Under the pieces are notes generated by a model that worked only from the letters and a program-made list of their open reading frames with translations, searched no databases and had not been told where the DNA came from. Position numbers and translations under genes: made by a program. From Pristiophorus japonicus (lineage: Eukaryota): 64,000 nucleotides of DNA. The stretch is taken from positions 186,001-250,000 of the forward strand of contig NW_027251843.1 of the NCBI RefSeq assembly GCF_044704955.1, given 5' to 3'. Shown in pieces: positions 49,967-62,900 of this stretch (position 1 is its first letter; every line of letters begins with the position of its first letter).

Positions 49967-52124
49967 ATGGACGTTAGGTATACTGATCATTTTAGCGACA
50001 GGGAACTCCCGGCAGGAGGAAGAAGTTCTAAAAGAAGGAAGAGTATGGAAGGGAAATATGGTATGGGAAAGAAGTAATAGTGCAAGGCAACAAGGCAATT
50101 TTATATGCACAGTAGGCCAAAGTTGTAAAGTAGGGAACTTTACGACACGATGTGAGGCGTGTGGAATGAAAGAAGAAAGAGGGGAATTCCAGTTTATATT
50201 GGGGAAAGGGTATCAGTTGTTCATAGAATACCAGGCCGATGTGTGGATGAAGTGTACCCACAGCACGGGGAAAAACAAGAGATGGGGGTACATAGGAGGG
50301 CCGGACGAGAGAAAAGACTTCCTCCTTTATTCATTTACAAGTATGGTAGAAGGGCAGCGGATGTTGTGCATGAATAACACCCCGGTGAATGGAGGAGACC
50401 CATTCGTGGTAAAATGGTCAGTAAAAGAATCTGGCCACCCAGAAGACCGGGACCCGGGACATCTAAAAAGGATACTGACCACTTGCATCCCAGTGGTAAG
50501 ATCCCCAGGTGTATTAAATCTAACAATACGAATTAAATATCCCCCAAAGAAAGAAGATGGTTGCCACACAACCAGTGTTAAGGTATCTTTTGAAAAAGAA
50601 AGACCCCAAAGAAAGAAACGGGATGTATTAGAGACTGTGTTAGGTGGAGTGGGAGCAGGAATAGGAGCATTGAACTCCATGGATATTGAGACCCTACAAA
50701 ATAAAATCCAGGCCGTCGGAGGACTGGTAGGGGAAGATATAAAAATCAGAAATGCCTGGGATGAAGGATTACAGCAATTACAGATATCAGGTTACGTCCT
50801 AAATGAAATGACCTGGCAACAGAATGAAAGGGTAGAGAAGGAAATAGAGAACCTAATAAAGGAACAACAGGGAGTAACAAGTACACCCATTGCCTGTTTA
50901 AAGAAATGATCAGACAGCTATTAAGAGCCGAGTTAGAAAGGAAAATATTATCCTTCCATGCTAACACATGGGAAAGGTTGCTGGAAATTAACAAAAGGGA
51001 TAAGCTTCTTAATTTAACCATTAACCCTCAAAAAAAAGATATACCAGTTGTAATTCAAAAGGATGTAAAGTTACTGTGGAGATAGTAAGTAAGACACGAA
51101 AATAAATTTGGTGTCAGTTCCAAGTAATGCCCCAACTGTTTGGACAGAACTTCTGGTACCCAGAATTTAAAGGAGATTGGGTCGATGAGAAGAATATGAC
51201 ACATCACCAGATGCTAGGTGGCCATTCGGAATGGTATGTCCCTATCAGACCGCCATATACGAACCATGCTCACTGCAGCACTCCATTGGAGTATGTAAAT
51301 GGGAATTAAAGCCAACAAATGACACTGATATTACGGAAATAGGACAGAATGAGGTCTGTGTGACAGGAAATAAACCTGTCTCTCTGGATGGAATTTTGTA
51401 TAAACCCCCCATTAATAAATGCGTGAGAAGAGTCTACTCCCTGTATGACCCTGAAGTAAAAACAACTTATACCTTTGGGCAATGGCAAAATGTAGAAAAA
51501 TATCTGTCTATGCACAAGATTGAACCCTTACCCCCCGTAATTAATCTGACCAGACTGCACAATTTGATACGGAATGACAAGAAAATTGAGGAAGCTCTGT
51601 CAAAGCAAGGCAGAAACATCCACCAATTTAGAGTCGAAATGAGTTACAAGAAGGGGCAACTAGTAAGAATTGTAGACGAAGTCACCTCTTTGACAGTACA
51701 CCACTGGTGGGATGTGTTTACCGGATGGTCCCCAAAAGCTACAGCAGTACTGAAGCTTGCTATACACCCCATAGTAATCGTAGGTGTGGTTATGCTTGTA
51801 TTATTAATAATCCTTTGCGGAATGTGGATAAAATAAAAAAATGTAATTAGTCAAGTAATAGGCCTGATCTCCGAAATAGAAAGGAAAAGTGTGTGCATGA
51901 AAGGAAGGTTAAGTTGCTTAGAGGAAAAGGTTGATGAAGACGAATATCTCAAAATGCGACCCTATCCTGAAGGGTATGAACCCCCTTTTGCGCAAGAAGA
52001 GAATATAGGAAATTGTGTTGATCTGAAAAAAAAATCAACAAGAAGGGAATTGTGGAAGAAAGAATCTATGAATCCATGGCTTATGGTAAAGGGAAGGGTT
52101 GAATTCTGTTTTTGCTATATTTGA
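49938..52124 (+). pseudogene. env: ERV env (disrupted around 50900-51230, stop at 51834-51836, in-frame tail to 52124)
   Basis: Signal peptide, RKKR furin site followed by a Gly-rich fusion peptide (DVLETVLGGVGAGIGALN), heptad region, membrane anchor IVIVGVVMLVLLIILCGMW. Confidence 0.88.
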
Positions 52125-52511
52125 AGAAATAATAGGACTAGAACAACACCCACACTTTTTAGCCTTAAAACTTAGAAATGTAATTAAATGACTATCCGGT
52201 ATTAACAGGGAGTCTCCTGATACTCTGCTTATCAGACTGTGAACAGGGAGAAACTATGCAAGGACAGATAGAGTGTGTGCCTCCCGAGACGACCTTTGTA
52301 CTCACGGAACTAATGAATAAGATTCCTTTTCTATTTCTGTATTCTATTTCTGTATAAAGATAGGGACAATTTGCTTGTACAGGAGAGTTTTCTGCCTTGG
52401 TATGGTCCAAGCAGGCTCTCCGAGATATTTCGCTTTTTAAAATAAAATTCTCTCGAAGCACGATTCTGAAAGCCTCCGCCTGAGTTAATTAACTTAGAAA
52501 TTTCCTCGACA
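52051..52511 (+). repeat. ERV 3' LTR (461 bp)
   Basis: About 8 substitutions versus the 5' LTR by manual comparison; preceded by AAGAAGGGAAT. Confidence 0.96.
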
Positions 52512-52967
52512 CTGCCACTGTCCCGTTTATTTTTTTTATTTGTTCCTGCGATGTGGGCATCACCGGAAAGGCCAGCATTTATTGCCCATCCCTAATTGCC
52601 CTTGAGAAGAACCGCTGTTCCTTTTTTTAATAGCAGTTTGGTACAACTGAGTGGGGTAAGATTTTGTACAAGTTTGCTGTAACTTGACCAGATTTTATGT
52701 ACCAGCATGCCTCGCGAGGCCAACAGGACTTTCTGCTGCACAAATGTCCATTAAAGCTGCTGAACGCTGCAAGCTGTCCTGTGGTTGAGCTACTTCGAAA
52801 GCTGTGTTTCACAGGTAAGGGAAATAGTGGCCTTCAGACCGTGAGAACTTTGCGAGAACAGACTCAGAAACAGGAACATCAGCACACAAGAAGTCTCCAG
52901 TTTTGCATTCGACTGATTAACTGTCTAGCTGGTTGATCAGGAGAGGAGAAGAACATCTACGGCCATT

Positions 52968-54028
52968 CCTCCCATCGAATGAGACATGGACACACTGAGG
53001 GACTGCCCATTACTCCCATCGAATGGGACACGGACACACTGAGGGACTGCCCATTACTCCCATCGAATGGGACATGGACACACTGAGGGACTGCCCATTA
53101 CTCCCATCGAATGGGACACGGACACACTGAGGGACTGCCCATTACTCCCATCGAATGGGACACGGACACACTGAGGGACTGCCCATTACTCCCATCGAAT
53201 GGGACACGGACACACTGAGGGACTGCCCATTACTCCCATCAAATGGAACATGGACACACTGAGGGACTGCCCATTACTCCCATTGAGTGGGACAAGAACA
53301 CACTGAGGGACTGCACATTACTCCCATCGAATGGGACATGGACACACTGAGGGACTGCCCATTACTCCCAGCGAATGGGACACGGACACACTGAGGGACT
53401 GCCCATTACGCCCATCGAATAGGACACGGACACACTGAGGGACTGCCCATTACTCCCAGCGAATGGGACACGGACACACTGAGGGACTGCCCATTACTCC
53501 CAGCGAATGGGACATGGACACACTGAGGGACTGCCCATTACTCCCATTGAATGGGACATGGACACACTAAGGGACTGCCCATTACTCCCATTGAATGAGA
53601 CACAGCCACACTGAGGGACTGCCCATTACTCCCATTGAATGGGACATGGACACACTAAGGGACTGCCCATTACTCCCATTGAATGAGACACAGCCACACT
53701 GAGGGACTGCCCATTACTCCCATTGAATGGGACATGGACACACTAAGGGACTGCCCATTACTCCCATTGAATGAGACACAGCCACACTGAGGAACTGCCC
53801 ATTACTCCCATCGAATGGGACATGGACACACTGAGGGACTGCCCATTACTGCCATCGAATGGGACACGGACACACTGAGAGACTGCCCATTACTCCCATC
53901 GAATGGGACATGGACACACTGAGGGACTGCCCATTACTCCCATCGAATGGGACACGGACACACTGAGTGACTGCCCATTACTCCCATCGAATGCGACACA
54001 GACACACTGAGGGACTGCCCATTACTCC
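52968..54028. repeat. 44-bp minisatellite (about 24 copies)
   Basis: CTCCCATCGAATGGGACACGGACACACTGAGGGACTGCCCATTA unit with no variable spacers. Confidence 0.95.
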
Positions 54029-56428
54029 TAGTTTTGTAGTGTAAAAAGAGCTTCAAAATTAGTATTAGAGGCTTGTTTATAACCCGGGATTACTGAGTGT
54101 AACAGTACTATTAGAGACTTACTTGTAACCTCTTGGTGATTTTAAGTAAAGAGAACTTATTCCAGAAATTTTTGTCTTGAGCTGTCTGTTCCACAGGTCC
54201 GAACTCTATAAACTGTTGGACGGTGTGAGGGGTAAATCCACACATCTTACAGTGACTCACTGGGCCATTAAGTGTTAACCACATGATCACCATTATTAAC
54301 ACAAGCTTTTTTATTCCAGATTTATTTAATTGAACATATATTTCCCAGCTGCTGTGATGGGATTTGAACTCATGTCTGTAGGATTATTGTTTTACTTTTC
54401 TGAATTATTAGCCCAGTAACATTACCACTATGCTTCCATTCCCCATTCCATGGGCTTCAACTTTGCTGGCAGGCCTATTATATGGCACTTTATCAAACGC
54501 CTTTTGGAATACGTCAACTGCATTGTCCTCATCAACCCTCTCTGTTACCTCATCAAAAAACTCAATCAATTTAGTTGAACACAATTTGCCTTTAATAAAT
54601 CCGTGTTGGCTTTCCTTCATTAATCCTCCTCAGATAATGAAGCAATCTGTGCCCGCATGCAGCAAGACCTGGAAGACATTCAGGCTTGGGTTAATAAGTG
54701 GCAAGTAACATTCATGCCACACAAGTGTCAGGCAATGACCATTCTCCCAACAAGAGAGAATCTAACCACTGCCCCTTGACATTCAACGGCATTACCATCA
54801 CCAAACCTCCCACCATCAACATCCTGGGGGTCACCATTGACCAGAAACTTAACTGGACCAGCCACATAAATACTGTGGCTACAAGAGCAGGTCAGAGGCT
54901 GGGTATTCTGTGGCGAGTGTCTCACCTCCTGACTCCCCAAAGCCTTTCCACCATCTACAAGGCACAAGTCAGGAGTTTGATGGAACCTCTCCACTTGCCT
55001 GGATGAGGGCAGCTCCAACAATTCTCAAGAAGCTCGACACCATCCAGGACAAAGGAGCCCGCTTGATCCACCACCTTCAACACTCACTCCCTCCACCACC
55101 GGCGCACCGTGGCTGCAGTGTGTACTATGTACAAGATGCACTGCAGTAACTCACCAAGGCTTCTTCGGCAGCACCTCCCAAACCCACGACCTCTACCACT
55201 TAGAAGGACAAGGGCAGCAGGTGCATGGGAACACCATCACCTGTAAGTTCTCCTCCAAGTCACACACCATCCTGACTTGGAAAAATATAGTCCGTTCCTT
55301 CATCATCACAGGGGCAAAACCCTGGAACTCCCTCTATAACAGCACTGTGGGAATAAGAGAACACGGGGTTGGTGCTAATATATTAGCATGGATAGAGGAT
55401 TGGCTAACTAACAGAAAACGGGGAGTCAGCAAACGGTAACTAGTGGGGTTTCACAGGGATCGGTGTTGGGGCCTCAACTATTTACAATTTATGGTAATAA
55501 CTTGGATGAAGGGACCGAGTGTAAAAAATCAAAGAGCAAATTATTATTTAAATGAAGAGAGATTACAAAATGCTGTAGTACAGCAGGACCTGGGGTTCCT
55601 TGCGCATGAAACACAAAAAGTTAGTATGCAGGTACAGCAAATACTCAGGAAGGCAAATGGAATGTTGGCCTTAATTGCAAGGGGGATAGAGTATAAAAGC
55701 AGGGAAGTTCTGCTACATCTGTACAAGGTATTGGTGAGACCACACCGAGAGAACTGTGTACAGTTTTGGTCTCCTTATTATAAGGAGAGATTTATTTGCA
55801 CTGGAGGCAGTTCAGATAAGGTTCACGAGGTTGATTCCTGCCTGAGATGAAGGGGCTGACTTATGAATAAAGGTTGAGCAGGTTAATCAGAACATAAGAA
55901 ATAGGAACAGGAGTAGGCCATACGGCCCCTCCACCATTCAATAAGGTCATGGCTGATCTGATCATGGACTCAGCTCCACTTCCACGCCCACTCCACGTAT
56001 ACTCTTTGGAGTTTAGAAGAATGAGAGATGAACTTGTTGAAACATATAAGATTCTGAGGGGGCTCGACAAGGCAGATGCAGAGAGGATGTTTCCAGTCAT
56101 AGGAGAATGAAGAACTAGGGGGCAGAGTTAAGGAATAAGGGGTCGCCCATTTAGAATTGAGATGAGGAGGAATTTCTTCTCTCAGAGGGTTGTAAATCTG
56201 TGGAATTCTCTGCCCAAGAGAGCTGTGGAGACTGGGTCATTGAATGTATTTAAGGTGGAGATAGACAGATTTTTGAACGATAAGGCAGTAAAGGGTTATG
56301 GGCAGCGGGTAGGGAAATGGAGCTGAGCCCAGGATCAGATCAGCCATGATCTTATTGAATGGCGGAGCAGGCTCGAGGGGCCAAATGGCCTAGTCCTGCT
56401 CCTATTTCTTTTGTTCTTATGATTCTTT

Positions 56429-59400
56429 GGCCTAGAATTTCCAGGGTGTAGCACCAGCCATTGAGAGGGTTTTGTTGAAATAATCGTGGCCGCCTTGCTT
56501 GCAGCCCGGGACACGTCATCCACATTTTGGTAAGGGCCTTACCGCTGTCGTTGGCAGCACACACCTCAAAATATGAATTGTCAGATGGTGACACCAATGC
56601 CTGACTCGAGCCACGACGGCTAATTGGGGCGTTTGCGCTCACCATATCGTCCTGCCCTAAGTACGCACAGAAAAGCAGGCGTGAAGCAGCCCTGCACAGA
56701 CGCTGTTGGTGCTTCTTAATGGGCCATACATCTTTCAGGTATGTTTGCATTTAAGCTCGGGACTGTTTTAAACAATATATTTTGTGGAAGTAATGGCTTG
56801 GTGCAATAAATGCTCAATGTTTTTTCAGTGTGCAGGGAATGCAAGGGGTGCTGCTGGACACGTGCAAGGCTTCTGGTGGTAAAGGAAGGTCCCTGGAAAG
56901 ACTGGGAATGCTGGAAATACTCAGTAGGTCAGGCAGCATCCATGGAGAGAGACAGAGTTAACATTTCAGCTCAAGATGCTGCCTGACCTGCTGAGTATTT
57001 CCTACATTTATTGCCTTTATTTCAGATTTCCAGCTTTTGCTCGCAAAGGGAGGAGGAGGAAATGGAAGGAAGGAGGCAACCCAGACAGTCGCTTTCTGGC
57101 CGGGATATCCGGAATCGAATCATCCGCCTGCGGTCCGAGTGACGACATCTCCAATCCCCTTTCAACATTAGTCACACACCTTACCATCCCTCTGTTACTG
57201 ACCATCACAGTGTCCTCTTGGCCACAATGCTGAAATAAAAGCCCCCCACAAAGCAAACTTTCCAATCCAACTTTATCCATATCTGCATCCAACACTACAT
57301 CAAAAAATCAATTGATCGCCATTAGTCACTGACTTGTGTGTGTCTTTGCCTATCGCACTGATGTCACGCAGTGCTACCCCAGGGGCTGCAGCAGGGCTGC
57401 TGGAAGGCTGCTGACTTTCAGTTGGGGAGACTGGAGATGGTCTTGGAGGGCGACCTCGAGCAGCTCTGGGCCTAGAAGGCCCGGCTGCGGACTGCACCAC
57501 CTCGGCCTTGGCGGCAGCAGTCTGGGCTGGCTGGCTGACAGGCAACAGCATCGACACTGGTGGAGTGGCAGTGGTGTCTGAAGGAATGCTGTCATTCTGA
57601 GAGAGGGCAGTAGGTTTGTGCTCCACGGAGCCACTGCCACTCCCAGGGGGAAGGTGGGGCATCATTGCTGGAGGGCAGATTGCTGGACTGCTGTGACACC
57701 CTGCGAGCCCCTTTGAACACTGGAATCTGCAGCCATGATGGCAGCAATCTGAGCTTGCATGGCGTTGGGTGGCTGCTGCTTGTGCTGCAATGGAAGCCGA
57801 GACATCGACCATCAGACGCTGCATCATGGCCGGGTCCACAAGAACCCTAATGGAGTGGGCCACCATTCCATGCTGGAAAAGATGGGCTCCAAGCTCTGCA
57901 CAAAGCCCTGTGCCAAGCTGGTGCCTGACTCCTCCGTGCTCCTTGACATTGAGCGCAGGCTTTCTGACAGGCTTCCCAATGCACCAAGCATTTCATTGTA
58001 CATACCCATCAGCCTTCTTCTGTAGCCCACCCATCGAAATCCTCATCTGAGTCCTCTACACCAGAACCCGTGTGTGACCTCACCTGATATGTCCTTACTA
58101 TATAGTATAAATGCACACGAGGCCCATGCTTGAGAGAAGGTCAGTCTGTGACCTGTCCTTTATTCCTTAGCACTCCAAGTGATGAAGGTGGGTGGAGCTT
58201 CCCCTTTTGTACCTGAAGGCCCAGGTTAGGAGTGTCTCCCACCTAGTGGTCATTGTTCTCACAGTGTACAACTTTGGCCAGATTATACATGGGTTACAAT
58301 GCTGGTTGAATACATGACATCACCCTCCGGCGAGCTGGAACCTGCGCCATCCTTGCCCCCTGCCCTGGCTGCATGCCCCTCGTGCCCGGTGTCTCACCAC
58401 GTGCCGATCCCGCCTCTACACTACCCTCTACATTACACGCAGTGTCAGTATCTGAGCTGGTGGCTGTGAGGGTGAAATGGAGGGACGGTGTGTCTTCACC
58501 ATCATGTCTTCTGTCTTTTCCACCTCTTGCTCTTCCAACACTGCCTGGCCAAGTGGCAATTCCTGGGTATGTGAAAGGAGAAAGGTACAAGGGGAGGGTT
58601 GCAGTGCCAGGAGGGTGGTTGCGGGGGGGGTCGATGTAAGAGGGGCATGCTTTACACCATCTGCAGCTTGTAAATCAGGAGGGATTGTGGGCTGAGGGGG
58701 ACGTGGGATATGAGAAGGAGGATTAGGTACGGCCATACCATCATCTTCTGTGGTTCTGTCCCGCCACTGGCCACGGGTTCACCGATGGGCACGCCAATGA
58801 TGGCGAGCACCGTCTGCTCCACGGGGATAAGGACATCCGGACGCGCCTGCCCCCCGCCACTGAGCTCCTGCTGCCTCGGGTTCTGGGCCACCTTGCTCTG
58901 CAAGAGAGGGAAGTGTATCGGTGAGTGTTGTGCCATGTGTTTGTGTGATGTGCCTGTCATGGTTGAAGAGCTGGCGGTGTGTGCAAGCTGTGAGATGTGG
59001 GCGTGAGGCTTGCAGCAGAATCTAAGTGTGTGAGGGTGAGGTGAAGCTGTGAATGTGGATGTTTCCCCTCGTGGGGAAATCTGGAACTAGGGGGCATAGA
59101 TTCAGAATAAGGGGTCGTCCATTTAAGACGGAGATGAGGAGAAATTTCTTCTCTCAGTAGGTCGTGAATCTTTGGAATTCTCTACCCCAGAGAGCTGTGG
59201 AGGCTGGGTCATTGAATATAAACAAGGCTGAGATAGACAGATTCTTGAACTACAGGAGAGTCACGGGTTATGGGGAGCGGGCGGCGAAGTGGAGTTGAGG
59301 CCAAGATCAAATCAGCCATGACCTTATTGAATGGTGGACCAGCTCGAGGGGCTGTATGTTCCATTCCTGCTCCTATCCCTTATGTTCTTGTGTAATGAGT

Positions 59401-59870
59401 CCTGATTGCTAGAGATGGTTGGTAGGTAGGTGATGGGGGTGTGGTGCATTGAGTAGTGTGTGAGACTAGTGGAGCAGTTGGTGGGACATGGCATTTGAAG
59501 ATGAATTCACCGACCTTGACCACACTCGTGAGGTCATTGAATGTTTGACGGCACAGCATCCCGGTGCTCGGGTCCTGGTCTCACTGCCTTTGAAACGTTT
59601 GTCTGGTGGATCCTCCTCACCCCCTGTGGATAGAGAACATTTCTCCCCCTCTGCACCTACTCCCCCAAGGCCTCCAGTGCAGTGCTGGAGGATCTTGGAG
59701 CCGGCTCTCTCCCCTGTTGTGTCATCAGTACGTCTTGGTCCAGGTCAAAATGTCTTCCACAGCCACTTCCAGCAACTGCTCCAGACACATTTCACCTGTC
59801 CATTAAGAGGTGCAGGCCAGATTTAACTGGTGCCAGCCTCACACAACTATTTTAGTTGTGAACATTAAAC
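56429..59870 (-). mobile_element. Degenerate Harbinger element with a Myb/SANT-like gene, interrupted by a solo LTR, CR1 and a Penelope-type repeat
   Basis: SKVAQNPRQQELSGGG..LIPVEQTVLAIIG exon homologous to exon 2 of the 6.2-9.5 kb element; GGCCTAGAATTTCC terminus. Confidence 0.65.
58085..58319 (-). mobile_element. Solo LTR (235 bp)
   Basis: TG...CA termini, 5-bp TSD TCACC on both sides, AATAAA on the minus strand. Confidence 0.8.
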
Positions 59871-59959
59871 AAATGCCCCCTGATTAAGGAAGAGGGGGGC
59901 ACACTTCAAAAAATTTTCAAGTGCCCCCTTGGTTTTTTTATTATATATAAACTTTTATA

Positions 59960-62900
59960 TACTTTTTATAGCCGCCAGAGAGCTCATCCCCTGGAGTCCC
60001 AAGGGATTCCACAATTCCTTGGGAGCACAGATACTTAAGGTGGCCTCACAGGCCGGAGAGGCACTATGGAGACCTGCAATAAAAGACAAAGGTCACACTT
60101 TACTTTGAGCTCACAGGATCCAGTCAGACTCATTATTGATACATAACAACTGGAAACGAGATACAGATGATGAACCCAACAATGCAGAGAACAGTGGGCA
60201 TCCTGGAGAAATTCTCGAAGGGAAATGATTGAGAAACCTTTGTGGAGTGACTTGACCAATACATCCTGGCCAACGAGCTGGAAGGAGAAGCAAACGTTGC
60301 CAAACGAAGGGTGATTCTCCTCACCATCTGCGGGGCACCAACGTATGACCTCATGAAAAATCTGCTTCCTCCAGCAAAACCCACAGAGAAATCATGTGAC
60401 GATTTGTGCACACTGGTCCGGGAGCATCTGAACGGGAAGGAAAGCGTTCTGATGGCGAGGTACCGGTTCTACACATACAAAAGGTCTGAAGGCCAGGAAA
60501 TGGCGAGTTATGTTGCCGAGCTAAGATGCCTTGCAGGACATTGCGAATTTGAAGGACATTTGGAGCACATGCTCAGAGATTTTTTCGTACTTGGCATTGG
60601 CCATGAAGTGATACTTCGCAAACTTTTGACTGTAGTGACCCCAACCTTGAGTAAAGCCGTAGCGATAGCCCAGGCGTTCATGGCCACCAATGATAATACC
60701 CTGCAAATCTCTCAGCACACGGGTACTGTGAACAAAGTGATGTTGTTTTCAAATCGCAACATACAGGGCAGGCCCCACATGCCTGAAGTTGCACATCCGT
60801 AGATGTCTCAGAGTCCACTATCAAGATTGATGAATGCAGGGCCAGTAACATCTTTGTTGGCGCTGTGGGGGTGATCATCATTTCCATTCATGCTGCTTCA
60901 AAGGGTACGTTTGCAAGGGCTGTGGGACACTTCCAATGTATGTGCAGGCGAGCTGCAAACTCTGCTAGTCCTGCAAGCCACCATGCTGCAGAGGAGGACA
61001 GATCCACGGCAGATCACGATGAATCAGAGCCTCAGGCCGAGGAGGCAGAGGTATATGGGGTGCACACATTTACAACAAAGTGTCCCCTGATAATGCTGAA
61101 GGTTGAATTAAATGGACTCCGAGTGTCAATGGAGCTGGACACTGGCACAAGCCAGTCCATAATGAGTAAGAAGACTTTTGATAAATTGTGGTGCAACAAG
61201 GCTTCAAGTCCTGACTCCCATTCGTACTAAACTGAGAACTTACACAAAAGAACTGATTCCCGTAATCGGCAGTGCTATTGTAAAGGTCTCCTACGATTGA
61301 GCGGTGCACAAGCTACACTTTGGGTGGTACAGGGCGATGGTCCCAAGCTGCTCAGCAGGAGCTGGCAGGGAAAGATACGCTGGAACTGGGACGATGTCCA
61401 AGCGCTCTCGTCCGCTGATGACACTTCACGTGCCCAGGTCTTAAACAATTTCCCTTCGCTGTTCGAACCAGGCATCGGGAAGCTCCAAGGAGCAAAAGTG
61501 CAGATCCACCTAATTCCGGGGGCGCGATCCATCCATCACAAGGCGAGAGCGGTACCGTCTCTGCTGAGAGAAAGGGTAGAGATCGAGCTAGACTGGCTGC
61601 GACGAGAGTGCATCATTTCGGCAATCGAATTCAACGAGTGGGCCAGTCCGATTTTTCCAGTCCTCAAGGGAGACGGCACCCTCAGAATCTGTGGTGATTA
61701 CAAAGTAGCTATCAATCGTTTCTCCCTGCAGGAACAATATCCACTACCAAAGCCTGATGACCTTTTTGCTACACTGGCGGGAGGAAAGACGTTCTCGAAC
61801 CTAGATTTGATTTCAGCCTACATGACGCAGGAGCTGGAGGAATCATCGAAGGGCCTCACCTGCATCAACACGCACAAAGGTCTCTTCATTTATAATAGAT
61901 GCCTGTTTGGAATTCGATCAGCCACGGTGATATTCCAGAGAAACATGGAAAGCTTACTGAAGTTGGTCCCACGCACAGTGGTCTTCTAGGACGACATCTT
62001 AGTTACAGGTTGGGACACAGTCGAGCATCTGCAGAACCTGGAGGAGGTTCTTAGTCGACGCAATCACTTGGGGCTCAGGTTAAAATGCTCGAAGTGCGTT
62101 TTCCTGGCGCCTGAAATGGAGTTACTGGGGAGAAGAATCGTGGCGGCTGGCATCAGGGCCACCGATTCAAAGATGGAGGCAATCGAGAACGCACCGAGAC
62201 CACAGAACGTGACGGAGCTGCGGTCATTCCTAGGACTCCTGAACTACTTTGGTAACTTCTTACCGGGTCTCAGCACACTTTTAGAACCACCGCATGCTTT
62301 ACTGTGTAAAGGAGATGACTGGATATGGGGAAAAAGCCAAGAAAATGCCTTTGTAAAAGCTAGAAAATGGTTATGCTCAAACAAATTGCTTGTGTTGTAT
62401 GATCCATGTAAGCGTTTGGTACTAGCATGTGATGCGTCGTTGTACGGCATCGGGTGTGTATTGCAACAAGCTAATGCATCTGGGAAATTGCAACTGGTTG
62501 CTTATGCATCCAGAAGTCTGTGTAAGACTGAGAGCCTCGAGCATGATTGAAAAAGAAGCATTAGCGTGTGTTTATGCGGTAAAGAAAATGCATCAATATC
62601 TGTTTGGGCTCAAATTTGAATTGGAAACTGACCGTAAGCCACTGATATCCCATTTTTCCGAAAGTAAGGGGATAAATACGAATGCATGGGCCCGCATCCA
62701 GAGATGGGCGCTCACGTTGTCCGCATACAACTACGCCATCCGCCACAGGCCAGGCACAGAAAACTGTGCCGATGCTCTCAGTAGGCTGCCATTGTCCACC
62801 ATGAGGGTGGAAATGGCATAGCATGCAGATTTAGTCATGGTTATGGAAGCATTCGGGAGTGAACAATCATCCGTCACAGCCCGACAGATTAGAACCTGGA

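Larger units (their letters stand above)
43106..52511 (+). mobile_element. Full-length endogenous retrovirus (gamma/epsilon-like gag-pol), defective
   Basis: Paired TG..CA LTRs, CTGCC TSD (43101-43105 / 52512-52516), PBS, gag-pro-pol-env order, purine-rich tract before the 3' LTR. Confidence 0.97.

Noticed and set aside
52968-54028. 44-bp repeat with an internal hairpin (CCCAT-CGA-ATGGG) resembling a CRISPR array
   Set aside because: Units are head-to-tail with no unique spacers, no cas genes, vertebrate context
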